From a bacterium (GTDB lineage Bacteria > Bacillota > Clostridia > Oscillospirales > Acutalibacteraceae): DNA of 64,000 nt. The notes beneath the pieces are model-generated. The model did no database searches, was not told where the DNA came from, and saw only the letters and a program-made list of their open reading frames with translations. Numbering within the stretch: position 1 is the first letter of the stretch; each line of letters begins with the position of its first letter. This document shows, piece after piece, positions 20,949-30,905 of this stretch. The DNA lies in NCBI GenBank assembly GCA_963654285.1, contig CAVJZG010000003.1, positions 21,197 through 85,196 on the forward strand. Direction: 5' to 3'. Made by a program: the position numbers and the translations under genes.

Positions 20949-22349
20949 TTGGCATTTGAAGGTCTTTCCGAAAGACTTGAAAATTCCTTTAAAAAACTTC
21001 GTGCCAAGGGTAAATTAACCGAGGCAGATGTTAAAGACGCTATGCGTGAGGTTCGCCTTGCATTGCTTGAGGCGGATGTAAACTATAAGGTTGCCAAGGA
21101 TTTCACAAAATCCGTAACCGAAAGAGCCATCGGCGAGGATGTTATGGAATCTTTAACACCCGGCCAAATGGTTATCAAAATCGTTAACGAAGAGCTCACG
21201 AAGCTTATGGGCAGCACCGAAAGCCGCCTTGCATGTGCAAATCACCCGCCTACGGTGGTTATGATGTGCGGTCTTCAGGGCTCGGGTAAAACGACCCATT
21301 CAGCAAAGCTTGCTTTAAAGCTTAAAAACGAGGGTCACCGCCCGATGTTGGTTGCCTGCGATATTTACAGACCCGCCGCTATCAAGCAGCTGCAGGTAGT
21401 TGGCGAGCAGGTGGGTGTTCCCGTGTTTGAGCGCGGCACGCAAAACCCGGTAGATACCGCACTTGAAGCCATAAGCTATGCCAAGGATCACGGTCATGAT
21501 TATGTGTTTCTTGACACGGCAGGTCGCCTTCATATAGATGAAGCACTTATGCAGGAACTTCAAAATATTAAATCTGCCGTGCATCCGCATGAGATTTTGC
21601 TTGTTATTGACGCTATGACGGGTCAGGACGCCGTTAATGTTGCAAAAAGCTTTAACGAAACGCTCGGCATAGACGGCGTTATTCTCACTAAGCTTGACGG
21701 CGACACAAGAGGCGGTGCGGCATTATCCGTAAGAGCCGTAACCGGCAAGCCGATTAAATTTGTCGGCACGGGCGAAAAGCTCGGCGATCTTGAAACATTC
21801 CATCCCAATCGCATGGCTTCAAGAATTCTTGGCATGGGCGATGTGCTTTCGTTTATCGAAAGGGCAGAGCAAAGCCTTGACGAGAAAAAAGCCGCAGAGC
21901 TTGAAAAAAAGCTTGCAAAAAACAAATTCGATCTCAACGATTTGCTCGATCAGTTTGATCAGATCGCAAGAATGGGAAGCCTTAAGGACACCATTAAGAT
22001 GATTCCGGGCATCGGCTCCAAAATCAAGGATGAGGATATCGACGAAAATGCCTTCGACAGATTCAGAGCTATCATTTATTCGATGACGAAAGCCGAGCGC
22101 GAGCACCCCGATATCATAAATCCCTCGCGTAAGCGCAGAATTGCCGCAGGCTGCGGAATGCAGGTTGAGGATGTTAATAAATTGCTTGCTCAGTTCAGGC
22201 AAATGAAAAAGATGATCAGCCAGTTCGGCGGCAACAAAGGCCCTAAAATGAGCAAAAAAATGCGCCGAATGATGCAACAAAATCCCGATATGGCTCAAAA
22301 GATGATGGGTATGACGGGTAGCGGAAAAAACAATCCTTTCGGCTTTTAA
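20949..22349 (+). CDS. ffh: signal recognition particle protein Ffh
   Basis: GLQGSGKTT, DTAGR, TKLDGDTRGG, Met-rich M domain. Confidence 0.97.
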   Translation: MAFEGLSERLENSFKKLRAKGKLTEADVKDAMREVRLALLEADVNYKVAKDFTKSVTERAIGEDVMESLTPGQMVIKIVNEELTKLMGSTESRLACANHPPTVVMMCGLQGSGKTTHSAKLALKLKNEGHRPMLVACDIYRPAAIKQLQVVGEQVGVPVFERGTQNPVDTALEAISYAKDHGHDYVFLDTAGRLHIDEALMQELQNIKSAVHPHEILLVIDAMTGQDAVNVAKSFNETLGIDGVILTKLDGDTRGGAALSVRAVTGKPIKFVGTGEKLGDLETFHPNRMASRILGMGDVLSFIERAEQSLDEKKAAELEKKLAKNKFDLNDLLDQFDQIARMGSLKDTIKMIPGIGSKIKDEDIDENAFDRFRAIIYSMTKAEREHPDIINPSRKRRIAAGCGMQVEDVNKLLAQFRQMKKMISQFGGNKGPKMSKKMRRMMQQNPDMAQKMMGMTGSGKNNPFGF

Positions 22350-22426
22350 ACAAGTATTAACCCGAGAAATCAAAATCGGTTAGTAAATATAATAATTTTT
22401 TATAATATTTTTTGGAGGTAACAAAA

Positions 22427-22669
22427 ATGGCAGTAAAAATCAGACTTCGCAGAATGGGCGCAAAAAAGGCTCCTTTCTATCGTGTAGTTGTAGCAGATTC
22501 AAGATTCCCGAGAGACGGCCGTTTCATTGAGGAAATCGGCACTTATAACACAATGGTTGATCCCGCCGAGGTTAAAATCGACGCCGAAAAGGCAAAGAAA
22601 TGGATTGCCAACGGCGCACAGCCCACAGACACAGTTAAGAGCATTCTTAAAAAAGAAGGCATTCTTTAA
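22427..22669 (+). CDS. rpsP: 30S ribosomal protein S16
   Basis: [26 protein letters not shown]. Confidence 0.98.
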   Translation: MAVKIRLRRMGAKKAPFYRVVVADSRFPRDGRFIEEIGTYNTMVDPAEVKIDAEKAKKWIANGAQPTDTVKSILKKEGIL

Positions 22670-22709
22670 TCTTTAATCGCTCAATTTAAAGATTAGTGGA
22701 GGTGTTTTC

Positions 22710-22943
22710 TTGAAAGATTTGTTAATATCCATAACAAAAGGCTTGGTGGATAATCCCGATGCCGTTTCTGTTGATGTTGATGAACCTAATGAAGAAGGCG
22801 TTGTCTTTTATCATCTGCATGTTGCAGAGGAAGATATGGGCAGAGTCATCGGTAAGCAGGGAAGAATAGCAAAGGCTATTCGCGTTGTTATGCGCGCGGC
22901 AGCAACAAGAAACGATGAAAAAATTTCCGTTGAAATCGATTGA
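22710..22943 (+). CDS. khpA: KH-domain RNA-binding protein KhpA
   Basis: DMGRVIGKQGRIAKAIR; located between rpsP and rimM. Confidence 0.92.
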   Translation: MKDLLISITKGLVDNPDAVSVDVDEPNEEGVVFYHLHVAEEDMGRVIGKQGRIAKAIRVVMRAAATRNDEKISVEID

Positions 22944-22985
22944 TTTCGCGAAAATCCCGCAAGGGTGTTAAAAACATATAAAATC

Positions 22986-23013
22986 AGCCGCAATTTTAAG
23001 TTGCGGCTTTTTT
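22986..23013 (+). terminator. internal terminator/attenuator between khpA and rimM
   Basis: AGCCGCAA / TTGCGGCT stem plus T-run. Confidence 0.7.
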
Positions 23014-23027
23014 ATTTAGAGGTGCTT

Positions 23028-23537
23028 ATGAAAAAATATCTTGAAGTGGGCAAAGTCGTGAACACCCACGGCATTCGCGGCGAGCTCAGGCTGCAACTTT
23101 GGTGCGACAGTGCCGAATATTTAAAGCATTTTAAAACGCTTTATTTTGATGAAAACGGCAAAAAAAGCGTGAAGCTTCTTTCAGTTCGCCCGCATAAAAA
23201 TGCCGCCATCATAAAGCTTGAGGGCGTTGATGATATGGACTCTGCCGAGCGGATTAAAAACAGCATTTTGTTTGCAGACAGGGATGATGCACCGCAAGAA
23301 GAGGGTTCGCATTACATTCAGGATTTAATCGGCTGCGAGGTGCTTGACAGCGAAACCGGCGAAAGCTACGGCAAGGTGAGCGATGTGCTCAATTACGGTG
23401 CTTCGGATATTTTGGAAATCAAAAATGGGAAAAAAGCAAATCTTGTGCCGCTTATTGATGATATCGTTTGCGAAATAGACGAAATCGGCGGCGTGATTAA
23501 AATTAAACCGATAAAGGGGCTTTTTGATGAGAATTGA
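23028..23537 (+). CDS. rimM: ribosome maturation factor RimM
   Basis: VGKVVNTHGIRGELR, DLIGCEV, PRC-barrel end. Confidence 0.95.
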   Translation: MKKYLEVGKVVNTHGIRGELRLQLWCDSAEYLKHFKTLYFDENGKKSVKLLSVRPHKNAAIIKLEGVDDMDSAERIKNSILFADRDDAPQEEGSHYIQDLIGCEVLDSETGESYGKVSDVLNYGASDILEIKNGKKANLVPLIDDIVCEIDEIGGVIKIKPIKGLFDEN

Positions 23538-24252
23538 TATTTTAACCCTTTTTCCCGAATTGTGCTACTCGTATCTTGACGAAAGCGTGATCGGCAGAGC
23601 GCGCAAGGCGGGCGTGCTTGAAATCGAATGCACGGATATAAGAGATTATACTGCCGATAAGCACAACAGAGTGGACGATGCTCCTTATGGCGGCGGAATG
23701 GGTATGATTATGCAGGCACAGCCCGTTTATGATTGCTACAGCGATATTTGCAAAAAAGCCGGTGCAAGGGTTCATTTGATATATTTGACTCCGCAGGGCA
23801 AAACGCTTACTCAGCAGCGTGTTAAGGAACTTGCGAAATACGATAATTTGGCATTGCTTTGCGCTCATTACGAGGGTATGGACGAGCGTGTCGTTGATGA
23901 ATTGCAGCCGGAGGAAATCTCGGTGGGCGACTATGTGCTCACGGGTGGAGAACTGCCGGCGCTGATTGTTGCCGATTCGGTGGCAAGAATGATTCCGGGC
24001 GTGCTTTCCAACGAGGAATGCTTCACCGAGGAAAGCCATTTTTCCTCGCTTCTTGAATATCCGCAATACACGCGCCCCGTTGAATGGAAGGGCAGAAAAG
24101 TGCCGGACATTTTGCTTTCCGGTCACCACGCAAATATCGAAAAATGGCGCAGGCAGCAGTCTGTAATGCGCACCAAAGAACGCAGACCGGATATGCTCGA
24201 AAAAGCGGAGCTGACGGCGGAAGAACGCAAATTTCTGTCTGATTTAAAATGA
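23527..24252 (+). CDS. trmD: tRNA (guanine-N1)-methyltransferase
   Basis: VDDAPYGGG, SVGDYVLTGGE, EYPQYTRP. Confidence 0.97.
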   Translation: MRIDILTLFPELCYSYLDESVIGRARKAGVLEIECTDIRDYTADKHNRVDDAPYGGGMGMIMQAQPVYDCYSDICKKAGARVHLIYLTPQGKTLTQQRVKELAKYDNLALLCAHYEGMDERVVDELQPEEISVGDYVLTGGELPALIVADSVARMIPGVLSNEECFTEESHFSSLLEYPQYTRPVEWKGRKVPDILLSGHHANIEKWRRQQSVMRTKERRPDMLEKAELTAEERKFLSDLK

Positions 24253-24339
24253 TAATAAAAAATTATGTGTATTTTGCACAAATCAAGGCAGTTCATTTTG
24301 TTTTTAATTCATAAGTCATACGAAGTTTGCTTCATTTCA

Positions 24340-24367
24340 TTGACCTAAATAAGTTTAGTGGTATAAT
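24340..24367 (+). promoter_or_regulatory. sigma-A promoter of ptsH
   Basis: TTGACC-16-TATAAT with extended -10 TG. Confidence 0.65.
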
Positions 24368-24425
24368 ATGTAATGCAGTCAAAAAGGCAAACTTATTTTT
24401 TTTGATTTTGATGAGAGGTTTTATT

Positions 24426-24689
24426 ATGTTTGTTAAAGATGTAACGGTTGAAAATCAGGTTGGCTTGCATGCCCGCCCGGCAACATTTTTTATCCAAAAG
24501 GCAAATGAATTTAAGTCTTCAATCTGGGTTGAAAAGCAGGAAAGAAGAGTTAATGCAAAATCCCTTTTAGGTGTTCTTTCTCTCGGCATTATGGGTGGTA
24601 CGGATATCCGTATTATTGCAGACGGCTCTGATGAAAAAGAAGCTGTTGAAGGTCTTGTTGCCCTTGTTAAAAGCGGCTTCACAGATTGA
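24426..24689 (+). CDS. ptsH: phosphocarrier protein HPr
   Basis: GLHARPA (His15), NAKSLLGVLSL (Ser46). Confidence 0.95.
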   Translation: MFVKDVTVENQVGLHARPATFFIQKANEFKSSIWVEKQERRVNAKSLLGVLSLGIMGGTDIRIIADGSDEKEAVEGLVALVKSGFTD

Positions 24690-24705
24690 TTTGTTTGCAA
24701 AATCT

Positions 24706-24739
24706 TACGGCACAGATTTTTTCTGCGCCGTATTTTTTT
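24706..24739 (+). terminator. intrinsic terminator
   Basis: TACGGCACAGA / TCTGCGCCGTA stem plus T7. Confidence 0.7.
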
Positions 24740-24789
24740 ATTTACCGGCATTTTAATTTGTGGTAATATATTTTTAGGCAGGTGAGAGA

Positions 24790-26610
24790 ATGACAGAAAA
24801 AGAACTTCGCAAAAAAGCAATGGCACTTCCGCTTCAGCCGGGCGTTTATATAATGAAAAATAAGGATAAAAAAATAATCTATATCGGAAAGGCGAAAAAA
24901 CTTAAAAATCGTGTTTCTTCCTATTTCGGCTCGCACTCAAATCATTCTCTCAAGGTAATCAAAATGGTTGAAAATGTTGATGATTTTGATTACATTCTTG
25001 TGAACACCGAATTTGAAGCCCTCGTGCTTGAGTGCTCGCTGATTAAGCAGCATATGCCGAAATATAATATTTTGCTTAAAGACGATAAGGGCTATAACTA
25101 TATAAAAATCACCAAGGGCGATTTTCCGATGATTTCGGAATGCAAGCGCATTGATGACGACGGCGCAACCTATATCGGACCGTATATTTCAAATTTTTCC
25201 GTTAAGCAGGCGGTTGAGGAAACACTCAAAATATTCAAGCTTCCCCGTTGCAGCAAGCGTTTTCCGCAGGATTACGGCAAATCGCGCCCGTGCCTTAACG
25301 GCTTTATGGGGCTTTGCTCCGCACCGTGTGCCGGTAAAATCACGCAGGCGGAATATCTTAAAAATGTAAACGATGCCGTGGCGTTTCTTAAAGGCGGCAG
25401 CCAGGCGGCTGTCAGAGAAATGACAGCGCAGATGAACGAGTTTTCGGAAAATCTGCAATTTGAGGAAGCGGCTAAATTACGCGACAGAATTCGTGCTGTC
25501 AAAAATCTTGACGAGCGGCAAAATGTGGTTTCCATCAATGTGCCCGAGGAGGATGTGTTTGCCCTTGTAAACGGCAAAAAGAAAGCATGCTTCGAGGTTA
25601 TTCGTTTTCAAAACGGAAAGCTTACCGACACTGAATTTTGGCTTATCGATTCGCAGGATGATCTTGAAAGTGCACGCACGGAGCTTATTGAGCAATATTA
25701 TTCCATGCGCGAGCGAGTACCTGCCAGAATAGCACTGGACGGTGCCTGCGAGGACGAAGCTTTGCTGCGCGATTTTCTTGAAAACAAAAGGGGCAAAAGG
25801 GTGGAATTTATTCATCCTCAAAAGGGCGAGCATCTTTCGATTGTGAATATGTGCATAAGAAATGCGAACGAGCATTTGGCACAAAACGAGGGCAGGCTCG
25901 GCAGGGAATTTGCCGCGCTTGAGGAATTGGCTTCGCTTCTCGGGCTTAAAAAGCCGCCCGAATACATCGAAAGCTATGATATTTCACACACCTTCGGCGC
26001 GGATAATGTGGCAGGTATGGTGGTGTTTCACAACGGCAGACCGATGAAATCTGCATATAAACGCTTTGCCGTTAAAGGGTTTGACGGGCAAAACGATGTC
26101 GGCTCGATGAATGAGGTGCTCACGCGCCGTTTTAATCATTATTATAACGATGAAGAGGGCAGCACCTTTAAAATTTTGCCCGATTTGATTTTGCTGGACG
26201 GCGGTCAGCCACAAGTGCACGCCGTGTTGCCGGTTATAGAAAAGATGGGGCTGAATGTGCCGGTTTTCGGTATGGTTAAGGACAATAAGCACCGCACGCG
26301 CGCAATTGCGTTCGGCGGTGGTGAAATAGAAATAAATTCGCACCGCTCGGCGTTTACTCTTGTTTCCAATATTCAGGAGGAGGTGCACCGCTTTGCAATT
26401 TCCTATCATCATAAAAAACACGCTAAAAGCACTTTTTCGTCCGGCTTGCTTCAAATTGACGGCATAGGCGAAAAAAAGGCAAAGGCACTGCTTCGCTGTT
26501 TTAAAACAATAGGAAAAATCAAGGAATGCAATGAAGCACAGCTTCGGGAATGTCCGTCAATAAGCGAAAAAAACGCACGGGATATTTACGAATTTTATCA
26601 TAAAATGTAA
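24790..26610 (+). CDS. uvrC: excinuclease ABC subunit C
   Basis: GIY-YIG (PGVYIM..IYIGKAK), UVR motif FEEAAKLRD, IESYDISH, PDLILLDGG, HhH tail. Confidence 0.97.
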   Translation: MTEKELRKKAMALPLQPGVYIMKNKDKKIIYIGKAKKLKNRVSSYFGSHSNHSLKVIKMVENVDDFDYILVNTEFEALVLECSLIKQHMPKYNILLKDDKGYNYIKITKGDFPMISECKRIDDDGATYIGPYISNFSVKQAVEETLKIFKLPRCSKRFPQDYGKSRPCLNGFMGLCSAPCAGKITQAEYLKNVNDAVAFLKGGSQAAVREMTAQMNEFSENLQFEEAAKLRDRIRAVKNLDERQNVVSINVPEEDVFALVNGKKKACFEVIRFQNGKLTDTEFWLIDSQDDLESARTELIEQYYSMRERVPARIALDGACEDEALLRDFLENKRGKRVEFIHPQKGEHLSIVNMCIRNANEHLAQNEGRLGREFAALEELASLLGLKKPPEYIESYDISHTFGADNVAGMVVFHNGRPMKSAYKRFAVKGFDGQNDVGSMNEVLTRRFNHYYNDEEGSTFKILPDLILLDGGQPQVHAVLPVIEKMGLNVPVFGMVKDNKHRTRAIAFGGGEIEINSHRSAFTLVSNIQEEVHRFAISYHHKKHAKSTFSSGLLQIDGIGEKKAKALLRCFKTIGKIKECNEAQLRECPSISEKNARDIYEFYHKM

Positions 26611-26627
26611 AAATAATATTTACTCAC

Positions 26628-26656
26628 TTGACTATGGCGGCGTTCGTCTGTATAAT
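26628..26656 (+). promoter_or_regulatory. sigma-A promoter of rsmD-coaD
   Basis: TTGACT-17-TATAAT. Confidence 0.7.
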
Positions 26657-26714
26657 GTGATATGTATAAATTTAAGTGTGCGGAACCGTCCGCCGCTTTT
26701 AAGGAATTTTTATT

Positions 26715-27260
26715 ATGAGAGTTATTACCGGCTCGGCACGCGGCAGAAAGCTTGAAACTCTGCCCGGCGAGGATGTAACAAGACCGACTTCGGAAAGCGT
26801 TAAGGAAGCTCTTTTCAGCATGATTCAATTTGAAATCGATGGCAGGCGTGTGCTTGATCTTTTCGCCGGCTCCGGTCAGCTCGGAATTGAGGCTTTGTCA
26901 AGAGGGGCAGCGTCCTGTGTTTTTGTTGAAAACAATAAAAGCGCAAAAGCCGTTGTTGAAAAAAACATTTTGCATTGCGGCTTGCAGGACAGGGCTAATA
27001 TCTATCTTAGCGATGCCGTTTCATATGCTTCAAGAAGCGCAACCTATGATATAGCTTTTCTTGATCCACCTTATTACAAAAATCTTGTTGATAAAGCGTT
27101 ACCTCTTGTGGCAGCCAATATGAGCGATGACGGCATAATTGCCTGCGAAACCGCTAAGGATGAGATCTTGCCACAGTCCTGCGGCGGATTTTCGGTTGCC
27201 AAAGAGAAAAAATACGGAAAAATCAAGCTTACGCTTTACCGAAAGGATGCCGAAGAATGA
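26715..27260 (+). CDS. rsmD: 16S rRNA m2G966 methyltransferase RsmD
   Basis: MRVITG..RG, TRPT, LDLFAGSG.LGIEALSRGA, DPPY. Confidence 0.95.
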   Translation: MRVITGSARGRKLETLPGEDVTRPTSESVKEALFSMIQFEIDGRRVLDLFAGSGQLGIEALSRGAASCVFVENNKSAKAVVEKNILHCGLQDRANIYLSDAVSYASRSATYDIAFLDPPYYKNLVDKALPLVAANMSDDGIIACETAKDEILPQSCGGFSVAKEKKYGKIKLTLYRKDAEE

Positions 27261-27748
27261 AAATAGCATTGTGCCCTGGGAGTTTTGATCCTGTAACCTT
27301 GGGTCATATTGATATAATTGAACGCACGGCTGAGCTTTTTGATAAGGTTATCGTGCTTGTGATGAGCAACAGCGCAAAGCATTCGCTTTTCAGTATTGAC
27401 GAACGGGTGGAATTGCTTAAAAGATGCATAAAAAACAGCAATGTTGAGGTTGACACATATAACGGTCTCCTTGTTGATTATGCAAAAAAGATTGATGCCG
27501 TTGCCATTGTTAAGGGCTTGCGCGCCGTTTCCGATTTTGATTATGAATTTCAGCAGGCTCTCACAAATAAAAGCCTGTTGCCGCAGATTGAAACGGTCTT
27601 TCTTGCGGCAAAGGGCGCAAACATGTTTTTATCATCAAGTATGGTTAAAGAGGTTTGCAGCCTTAACGGGGATATTTCCCGATTTGTTCCTAAAGAAATT
27701 TTAAATGATGTTATATTAAGATGTAAAGGAGAAATTGCAAATGACTAA
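27257..27748 (+). CDS. coaD: pantetheine-phosphate adenylyltransferase
   Basis: PGSFDPVTLGH, GLRAVSDFDYE, SSSMVKE. Confidence 0.96.
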   Translation: MKIALCPGSFDPVTLGHIDIIERTAELFDKVIVLVMSNSAKHSLFSIDERVELLKRCIKNSNVEVDTYNGLLVDYAKKIDAVAIVKGLRAVSDFDYEFQQALTNKSLLPQIETVFLAAKGANMFLSSSMVKEVCSLNGDISRFVPKEILNDVILRCKGEIAND

Positions 27749-28301
27749 TACGGATATATTGCTTGAAGACCTTGAGGATGTGCTTGATGACGCAACCTCT
27801 ATGCCGATGACCAAAAAAAGTCTTGTGGATGTGGAAAAAATTAAAACTATAATCGAGGATATTCGCCTTAACACTCCGCAGGAAACAAAGCAGGCAAAGG
27901 CTATTGTCGATTCAAGAAACAGCATTATTGAAGAGGCTAAAAAGGAAGCTGCCGATATCATAGCTCAGGCTCAGGAACAGGCTCGTGAGCTTGTTGCGCG
28001 CGATCAAATAACCCAAACCGCCCAGGCGGAAGCTGCGGATATCACCGCAAAAGCCAAGGAAGAAGGCGAGGCTTATGTTCGCGATGCTCAAAATCAGGCA
28101 AGCGAAATCCTCGGCAATGCCACAACTCAGGCAAACGAAATGGTAACCAACGCTCAAAACAAGAGCCGTGAAATGCTTACCGCAGTTCAGAATTATGCTG
28201 ACGACACTCTTCTTTCCATTGACGATTCACTTTATAAAGCACTTGCCGATGTAAGGAGAATTCGCCAGGGCATCAACAACACAAAAAATCATGCCGAGTA
28301 A
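27741..28301 (+). CDS. coiled-coil protein (ATP synthase b / DivIVA-like; commonly follows coaD in Clostridia)
   Basis: LEDLEDVLD...IRLNTPQE..QAKAIV; Ala/Gln/Glu-rich helical repeats. Confidence 0.75.
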   Translation: MTNTDILLEDLEDVLDDATSMPMTKKSLVDVEKIKTIIEDIRLNTPQETKQAKAIVDSRNSIIEEAKKEAADIIAQAQEQARELVARDQITQTAQAEAADITAKAKEEGEAYVRDAQNQASEILGNATTQANEMVTNAQNKSREMLTAVQNYADDTLLSIDDSLYKALADVRRIRQGINNTKNHAE

Positions 28302-28312
28302 TTAAGGCATAT

Positions 28313-28356
28313 AAAGCAAAACGGCGTAGCTTTTATCAGCTGCGCCGTTTTGCTTT
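28313..28356. terminator. bidirectional terminator
   Basis: AAAGCAAAACGGCG / CGCCGTTTTGCTTT. Confidence 0.8.
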
Positions 28357-28398
28357 GCCGTTTGATTTTTTACTTGCTTAAGAAAGAAAAATTTTAAT

Positions 28399-28692
28399 TT
28401 ATGCGGCTTTTTCAAAGTTTTTTGCTTCTTCGTTGCATTTAAGCCCGAAATAAGCATTTTCTTCAAGCCTTGCCTTGCGGCAGGCTCTTTCGTTGCGCCT
28501 TTGCGCTTTTCTGTCTTTTTTTAAAAACACTGCCGAATATATTGCCGCGCATGCGATAAGCTCAGCAGCAAAAAGAATTCTCATCTGTGTTTGCGTTAAG
28601 CTGCCTAAAAGTCTAAAGGGAAGCACCATTGCCGCAAAGCCCGCAATTGCCGTTGCCACCGCCGTTAAAATTGTTTTTATCATGTTATTCAT
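28399..28692 (-). CDS. small membrane protein (2 TM, basic tail)
   Basis: Two hydrophobic stretches; AAAGGAG RBS. Confidence 0.6.
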   Translation of the reverse strand: MNNMIKTILTAVATAIAGFAAMVLPFRLLGSLTQTQMRILFAAELIACAAIYSAVFLKKDRKAQRRNERACRKARLEENAYFGLKCNEEAKNFEKAA

Positions 28693-28817
28693 AATTGAAA
28701 GCTCCTTTCAAACATTTGTTTTGTTTTTGCTTACAATTACATTTTACACAAAGAAAACAAAATTGCAACAGCCTATTTGCGCAAAGTCCCAAAATGTGGA
28801 CTGATAGAACAAAAATT

Positions 28818-30083
28818 CTAAAAAATCATTGCATTTCTTAATGCTTTAACGGCATTTTCGAGTTCGTTTTCTGGTATGGAGGCAGGATTGAGCACCAAGG
28901 TGATAAATCCGTTTTCCATGCTTTCAATAAAAACAGAAATGCCTTTTTTGTCAAAAGATTCGACAGTGCCGTCAAATTTTGTGCGCAATATTATTTGAAG
29001 CGAATTTTCGCTTATTTCTATATTTGCGCCGTTAAATTCGTTTTGAAGCAGCTTTTTCAGCTTTTTTGTTTTTGCCGTGTAAAAACGTCTTGTTTTTCTT
29101 GTTTGCGAGGCAAGATAACCGTCCCTGACAAATCCGCAAAGTGCGATTTGCTCCGTTTTGCTTGCCGTTTGGCTGAATTTGTAAATGTTTTCGTTGTAAA
29201 TCGCGGCAAGTTCCTCCGTAAGTACCATAAAGCTAATGCGAATTGAGGGCAAAAGCAGGCGTGAAAACGAGCCTATGTAAACCACATTCGTGCCGCCTGC
29301 AAGTGCGTGAAGCGACGGGGTGGGGCGGCTGTTGTATTGAAAATCGCTTTCGTAATCATCTTCGATAACGATGCTTCCGTGCACCGCGGAATAGGAAACG
29401 AGCTCTATTCTGCGCTTGTTCGGCATAACATCGCCCCATCTCGTCATATGCGATGGTGAAACATAAATTATGTCTGCATCCTTATATCTGTAGTGCACAT
29501 CGAAGCCGGCTTCGTCGAATTGAGCTGCACTTTGCTTAAAGCTTTTGTCGGGAAAAGAAACAGAACTGCCTTTTTTCAGCAACGAGGTCAGCACAAAAAG
29601 CAGGCTCTGCACCCCGGCACCGATTATAATTCTGTCCGGCGAGGCGGTAACGTTTCGCTTTTCTCTAATATATTCTGAAATTGCTTCTCGAAGCTCTTTT
29701 TCGCCGCGCGGCTCGCTGTATGTTAAAAGTTTTTCGTCCTGCCGCAGTGCCGCCTTTATATGCCTGCGCCAAACATCAAAATCAAAGCTTTCGCGGTCTG
29801 CCGCAGTGCCGTTAAAATCATATTTCGTGCGGGTGGGAATGCTGCTTTCGCGCTTTTTTTCGTTACTTTTCGGCGATTTGTAGGAAACATAGTATCCGCT
29901 TTGCGGCTCGCTTATTATATATCCGTCCGCGGCAAGGGCAAAATAAGCGTTTTGAACCGTTGTGCGGCTCAGCGAATAAAGTGCACTTGCTTTGCGAACG
30001 GACGGCAGCTTGCCGCCGTATTCTATTTGCCCGCTTGTTATTTCATCTTTTATGATGTTGTATAAATCATTATATTTGCTCAT
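28818..30083 (-). CDS. MocR/GabR-family regulator (GntR wHTH + aminotransferase-like domain)
   Basis: KLPSVR...SRTTVQNAY..L.ADGYI; LREAISEY; IEDDYESDF; YIGSFSR. Confidence 0.9.
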   Translation of the reverse strand: MSKYNDLYNIIKDEITSGQIEYGGKLPSVRKASALYSLSRTTVQNAYFALAADGYIISEPQSGYYVSYKSPKSNEKKRESSIPTRTKYDFNGTAADRESFDFDVWRRHIKAALRQDEKLLTYSEPRGEKELREAISEYIREKRNVTASPDRIIIGAGVQSLLFVLTSLLKKGSSVSFPDKSFKQSAAQFDEAGFDVHYRYKDADIIYVSPSHMTRWGDVMPNKRRIELVSYSAVHGSIVIEDDYESDFQYNSRPTPSLHALAGGTNVVYIGSFSRLLLPSIRISFMVLTEELAAIYNENIYKFSQTASKTEQIALCGFVRDGYLASQTRKTRRFYTAKTKKLKKLLQNEFNGANIEISENSLQIILRTKFDGTVESFDKKGISVFIESMENGFITLVLNPASIPENELENAVKALRNAMIF

Positions 30084-30199
30084 GTCTGTACCCTAAAAAA
30101 TGATAAAAACTGTGTCTGTAAATAATGCCGATTTCATTATATAATTATTTGATAAGATAAACAAGCCCTTTTTTGGCTTGATGAAAGGTTGCGCATCTT

Positions 30200-30811
30200 A
30201 TGGCAGATATTATTTATACTTGGGACGGTAATACTTATTTTAACCTCACAAACAAATGCCCTTGTAATTGTGCATTTTGCATAAGGTCAAAGCAGGATGC
30301 CGTAGGCGAAGCAAAACGCCTTTGGTTTGATGAGGAACCAGGCTTTGATGATGTTAAGGCGGCGATAGGCGCATATGATTTTTCGTCCGTTAAGGAAGCT
30401 GTTTTCTGCGGCTACGGCGAGCCTACAAATGCTTTTGATTTGCTTATAAAAACGGCAAAATATCTTAAATCGCTTTATCCTGATATTAAACTCAGGCTGA
30501 ACACAAACGGGCTTTCCGATTTGATAAACAATAAGCCTACGGCAGCCGAAATATGCTCCGCTATAGATATTGTTTCCGTTTCGCTCAACGATACGGATTC
30601 GGAAAAATACGATAAAATCACGCGCAATATTTTCCCGGGCAGGGCGTTTGACGCAATGCTTAAATTCACAAAGGAATGCGTTTCACTCGGCGCAGAGGTA
30701 TGGATGACGGTTGTGGATGTTATTCCACGCGGCGAAATCGAAAAATCGCGCGAAATCTGCAAGAACTGCGGCGCACATTTCAGGGTGCGCTCCTTTGAAA
30801 GAGGTAAATAA
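30200..30811 (+). CDS. TatD-associated radical SAM protein
   Basis: YFNLTNKCPCNCAFCIR (CxxxCxxC), VFCGYGEP, RLNTNG. Confidence 0.88.
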   Translation: MADIIYTWDGNTYFNLTNKCPCNCAFCIRSKQDAVGEAKRLWFDEEPGFDDVKAAIGAYDFSSVKEAVFCGYGEPTNAFDLLIKTAKYLKSLYPDIKLRLNTNGLSDLINNKPTAAEICSAIDIVSVSLNDTDSEKYDKITRNIFPGRAFDAMLKFTKECVSLGAEVWMTVVDVIPRGEIEKSREICKNCGAHFRVRSFERGK

Positions 30812-30841
30812 TTAAATATTCGTTTTTAACGTGACCATGCG

Positions 30842-30875
30842 AAAAACCGCTTTGCAATTTTGCAAAGCGGTTTTT
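30842..30875. terminator. bidirectional terminator
   Basis: AAAAACCGCTTTGCAA / TTGCAAAGCGGTTTTT perfect stem. Confidence 0.85.
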
Positions 30876-30905
30876 ATATGCGCTATATTTGATTTGAATT
30901 TTCGT

